Position numbers and translations under genes: made by a program. A stretch of DNA of 64,000 nt from a virus. A model generated the notes under the pieces. That model saw nothing but the letters and a program-made list of their open reading frames with translations, was not told the origin of the DNA and did not search any database. Positions within the stretch are counted from its first letter, which is position 1. The number at the start of each line of letters is the position of its first letter. Positions 60,709 to 64,000 of this stretch are shown one piece after another. The stretch is from the IMG/VR virus record IMGVR_UViG_3300030118_002460, positions 1-64,000 of that record; one strand, written 5' to 3'.

Positions 60709-61656
60709 ATGAGTCGTGATGAGTTTATTTGGGTAGAGAAATATCGCCCAAAGACAATTGAAGATTGTATCCTGCCAGAGGGTACAAAGAAAACATTCAA
60801 AGATTTCCTGGAGAGAGGTGAAGTTCCAAACTTGCTTCTATCTGGACCTCCAGGTTGTGGTAAAACCACAGTAGCAAAGGCACTGTGTCAAGAACTTGGT
60901 GCTGACTACTATGTAATTAATGGCTCTGATGAGGGTCGTTTCCTAGACACTGTACGTAATAATGCCAAGAACTTCGCTTCAACTGTATCGCTATCTTCTT
61001 CTGCCAAACACAAAGTCATCATTATTGATGAGGCAGATAACACAACCCCTGATGTACAACTCTGTCTTAGGGCATTTACAGAGGAGTTTATTGGTAACTG
61101 CAGATTTATCTTTACCTGCAACTACAAGAACAAAATCATCGCACCACTTCATTCCCGTTGCAGTGTGGTTGAGTTCTCAATCAAAGGTAGAGACAGACAA
61201 GAACTTGCAGCAAAGTTCTTCAAACGCCTCCAAGAAATCTTGGGTGCAGAAGGTGTTGAATATGATAACAAGGTCCTGGTAGAACTTATCCAGAAACACT
61301 TCCCTGATTGGAGACGTGTCCTCAATGAGTTGCAGAGATACTCAGTCAGTGGTAAAATTGATTCTGGTATTCTGGCAACATTCAGTAATGTAAAGACAGA
61401 TGATCTCTTTAAAACGCTCAAAGAAAAGGACTACCCGCAAGTTCGCAAGTGGGTTGTTGATAACTTGGACAATGATCCTGCTGTACTTCTTAGGAGCATC
61501 TATGATGCTCTTTACACACACTTGGCTGGTCCTGGGATTGCTGCTGCTGTCCTCATTATTGCTAAGTATCAGTACCAGTCGTCATTTGTGGCGGACCAGG
61601 AAATAAACATGCTTGCATGTCTAACAGAAATTATGGTGGAATGTGAATTCAAATGA
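60709..61656 (+). CDS. gp44: Clamp loader large subunit gp44
   Basis: WVEKYRP, GPPGCGKTT, IIDEAD, LHSRC. Confidence 0.95.
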   Translation: MSRDEFIWVEKYRPKTIEDCILPEGTKKTFKDFLERGEVPNLLLSGPPGCGKTTVAKALCQELGADYYVINGSDEGRFLDTVRNNAKNFASTVSLSSSAKHKVIIIDEADNTTPDVQLCLRAFTEEFIGNCRFIFTCNYKNKIIAPLHSRCSVVEFSIKGRDRQELAAKFFKRLQEILGAEGVEYDNKVLVELIQKHFPDWRRVLNELQRYSVSGKIDSGILATFSNVKTDDLFKTLKEKDYPQVRKWVVDNLDNDPAVLLRSIYDALYTHLAGPGIAAAVLIIAKYQYQSSFVADQEINMLACLTEIMVECEFK

Positions 61657-61868
61657 CCTCTGAAATGTATAGTAGTAAAACAGGTCTCTATACTATCAGA
61701 TTTAAATCTGATATAATTCATGAGGGTATTGAACACACAGAGTGTTCTGAACTTATGAATTATTATAGGGACAGATATGAATCTATGAAGGATACTGGAT
61801 GGCCACTTGAACCTGAACACTTACATGTAGAAGAGTTCTCTGGTAAATTTGTATTGAAGAAAAAATGA
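61653..61868 (+). CDS. Hypothetical protein (71 aa)
   Basis: ATGA overlaps at both ends. Confidence 0.6.
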   Translation: MTSEMYSSKTGLYTIRFKSDIIHEGIEHTECSELMNYYRDRYESMKDTGWPLEPEHLHVEEFSGKFVLKKK

Positions 61869-62137
61869 TTGACTTTTTGATTAGTACACAACTAGAAGCA
61901 CTTGGTAATCATACCATTGCTGAATTCCTGGTTGGATATCTGTTTGGTGGTGCTCTGATTATTGGAGCACCTGGTGTGTTCTTCTTTGTTGTATTCAATG
62001 CATCACTACAAAGAACTAAAGGAGCACAGATTGGTTACAAAGATCATAAGGATTATGGTGATTCCTCTACCTATGAGAATGGTAAGATGGCAGACCAGAA
62101 ACCATACAAACATTACATTAGGGCAGCAGTACAATGA
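61865..62137 (+). CDS. Hypothetical membrane protein
   Basis: Hydrophobic FLVGYLFGGALIIGAPGVFFFVVF segment. Confidence 0.6.
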   Translation: MIDFLISTQLEALGNHTIAEFLVGYLFGGALIIGAPGVFFFVVFNASLQRTKGAQIGYKDHKDYGDSSTYENGKMADQKPYKHYIRAAVQ

Positions 62138-62322
62138 TTAAACAAATTAAATCACATTGGTATTATGTGTTCTGGGGCATTGCAACTGTCTCAGTAGTGG
62201 CAGGACAAATCTATGTTGGTTCTGGATATAGAGAGATGGCAAATGAAATCAGAACAGTGAGAGTAGAGGTGAAGCAAGTAGTTGATGAATTCAACTCTTG
62301 GATGCCTTGGGTCACATGGTAA
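62134..62322 (+). CDS. Hypothetical membrane protein (62 aa)
   Basis: WYYVFWGIATVSVVAGQIYV TM-like segment; ATGA overlap. Confidence 0.6.
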   Translation: MIKQIKSHWYYVFWGIATVSVVAGQIYVGSGYREMANEIRTVRVEVKQVVDEFNSWMPWVTW

Positions 62323-62340
62323 TTATTATTAGGATTGATT

Positions 62341-62628
62341 ATGATTGTTAAAGTATTGCGTATGAGCACAGGTGAAGAAGTTATCTTCACTTTTATCAGA
62401 GAAGATGATAAAGTTATTGAGGTTGAGAATCCTCTTGTAGCAGTTCCTAATGCTCAGGGACAAGTTGGTTTTGTCCCATATTCCATGTTACAGAAAGAAG
62501 ATACCACTCTTGAAATTGGTAAAGAGTTTGTTATTTACTCTTGTGATGCAAGAGAAGAAGTTGTAGAGAGTTATTGTAAGATCTTCTCACCCATTGAGAC
62601 TCCTCCTGCCAAGAAACTGATTCTGTGA
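62341..62628 (+). CDS. Sm-like fold hypothetical protein
   Basis: VKVLRMSTGEEVI...VENP...GFVPY pattern; ends KKLIL. Confidence 0.6.
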   Translation: MIVKVLRMSTGEEVIFTFIREDDKVIEVENPLVAVPNAQGQVGFVPYSMLQKEDTTLEIGKEFVIYSCDAREEVVESYCKIFSPIETPPAKKLIL

Positions 62629-63482
62629 TGAAGTCATATAAGACACCACTTAGATACCCTGGTGGTAAGTCACGTGCTTGTAAGAAGATTGATCCATACT
62701 TCCCTGATCTTCGTAACTATGATGAGTTCAGAGAACCATTTCTTGGTGGTGGTAGTGTCTCATTGTATGTGACTAAGAAGTATCCTAGAATAAAAATCTG
62801 GGTCAATGATTTGTATGAACCTCTGGTAAACTTCTGGAAGAATGTTCAGGAAGATGGTAGAGGTATGAGATTGAAGTTGACTGAACTCAAGTCAAAGTAT
62901 CCTGATCCCACCTCTGCTAAGGGATTGTTTCTTTCATCAAAGGATTACCTGTCTGGTGATAATGATGATGACTTCTGGAGAGCAATTAGTTTCTATATTG
63001 TCAATAAGTGTTCATTCTCTGGTCTTACTGAGAGTTCTTCTTTCTCAAAGCAGGCATCCATTGGTAACTTCTCTATGAGAGGAATTGATAAACTAGAAGG
63101 TTATTCAAAACTTATTAAGGAATGGGACATCACAAATCACTCCTATGAGAAGCTTCTTGATGAGCAATCTGAGAGAAATGCTTTTGTATATCTTGACCCA
63201 CCTTATGATATCAAGGATAATATCTATGGTAAGAGAGGTGCCATGCACAAGGGATTTGACCATGACCTCTTTGCACAGACTTGTAATGAGTCTAATGTAC
63301 ATCAACTAATTAGTTATAACTCAGATCAACTGGTTAAGGATAGATTCAAAGATTGGAGAGCAGCAGAGTTTGATCATACTTATACTATGCGCTCTGTTGG
63401 TGAATATATGAGAGAACAGAAGAACAGGAAGGAATTGCTGCTATTTAATTATGGAACTGAAGGATTGGTTGAATTCAATTAA
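62628..63482 (+). CDS. dam: DNA adenine methyltransferase (Dam/D12 class)
   Basis: PLRYPGGKS, EPFLGGGSV, YLDPPY. Confidence 0.9.
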   Translation: MKSYKTPLRYPGGKSRACKKIDPYFPDLRNYDEFREPFLGGGSVSLYVTKKYPRIKIWVNDLYEPLVNFWKNVQEDGRGMRLKLTELKSKYPDPTSAKGLFLSSKDYLSGDNDDDFWRAISFYIVNKCSFSGLTESSSFSKQASIGNFSMRGIDKLEGYSKLIKEWDITNHSYEKLLDEQSERNAFVYLDPPYDIKDNIYGKRGAMHKGFDHDLFAQTCNESNVHQLISYNSDQLVKDRFKDWRAAEFDHTYTMRSVGEYMREQKNRKELLLFNYGTEGLVEFN

Positions 63483-63831
63483 CCTCACTAAGAAGAATAT
63501 CATTGAGGATGAACCTCACCTGGCAAGGGAGTATCCTCCTTTTATTATCAACAAGTGTTTGTCTGGACATCTAGATTGCATTCTATTTGCAAATGAGATG
63601 AATAAGTACCACTTCTTAGACAAGGATATGCAATACGAATTTTATATAAATATCCTGAGAAAGAGGAAAAGATTCTCTCCTTGGATTCGCAAAGATAAAG
63701 TCACAGACTTAGATTGTGTAAAACAATACTATGGTTATAGTAATGAAAAAGCATCTCAAGCACTGAAAGTTTTATCATCTGATCAAATCCAATTCATTAA
63801 ACAAAGACTTGAAACTGGTGGTACAAAATGA
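63451..63831 (+). CDS. gp62: Clamp loader small subunit gp62
   Basis: YPPFIINKCLS, ANEMN, YYGYSNEKA; synteny with regA. Confidence 0.9.
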   Translation: MELKDWLNSINLTKKNIIEDEPHLAREYPPFIINKCLSGHLDCILFANEMNKYHFLDKDMQYEFYINILRKRKRFSPWIRKDKVTDLDCVKQYYGYSNEKASQALKVLSSDQIQFIKQRLETGGTK

Positions 63832-64000
63832 CACAAACTCCTGAACCACAGGTAACTTGGTCTCAAGATAAAATGATTGAGATCAAATTGAATGAACCTG
63901 ATGACTTTTTGAAAGTGAGAGAAACACTGACAAGAATTGGCGTTGCTTCACGTAAGGAGAAGAAACTTTACCAATCTTGTCACATTTTGCATAAGCAAGG
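63828..64000 (+). CDS. regA: Translational repressor RegA (partial, runs off the window)
   Basis: DDFLKVRETLTRIGVASRKEKKLYQSCHILHKQG; ATGA overlap with gp62. Confidence 0.93.
   Translation, partial: MTQTPEPQVTWSQDKMIEIKLNEPDDFLKVRETLTRIGVASRKEKKLYQSCHILHKQ

Noticed and set aside
62628-63482. Dam-like methylase as the cause of CG/RGCY depletion
   Set aside because: DPPY amino-methyltransferase of the m6A class; it would not cause C>T erosion at CG/RGCY, and GATC is abundant.
1-64000. CRISPR arrays, tRNAs, introns/inteins, DGR repeats, stop-codon recoding
   Set aside because: No regular repeat-spacer array, cloverleaf or duplicated template/variable region seen by eye; core genes are uninterrupted and of expected length; all three stop codons terminate genes normally.

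Overview
64 kb segment of a T4-like marine cyanomyovirus (Kyanoviridae-type, probably infecting Synechococcus/Prochlorococcus), with all credible genes on the + strand. Order: a small sigma70-driven accessory cluster (glycosyltransferase, basic peptide, SET-domain protein); the late structural block (gp25, gp6, 4002-aa gp7, gp8, 2522-aa virion protein, gp13-gp16, fibre genes, gp17-gp23, gp3); then uvsY, uvsW, gp55, gp47, gp46, a VWA/metallopeptidase plus CobS(MoxR) pair, gp45, DenV-like, SpeD, gp44, a Dam-like methylase, gp62 and the start of regA. The most striking unexplained signal is compositional. CG dinucleotides and RGCY tetramers (AGCT, GGCC, AGCC, GGCT) are almost absent from gene bodies, while GATC, CCWGG and GGWCC are common. 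The surviving CG/RGCY sites cluster just downstream of T4-type late promoters, like miniature CpG islands. This suggests long-term C5-cytosine methylation or motif avoidance with promoter-proximal protection. No C5-methyltransferase is visible in this window. All counts are manual and approximate, and gene calls come from motif recognition and synteny, not database searches.
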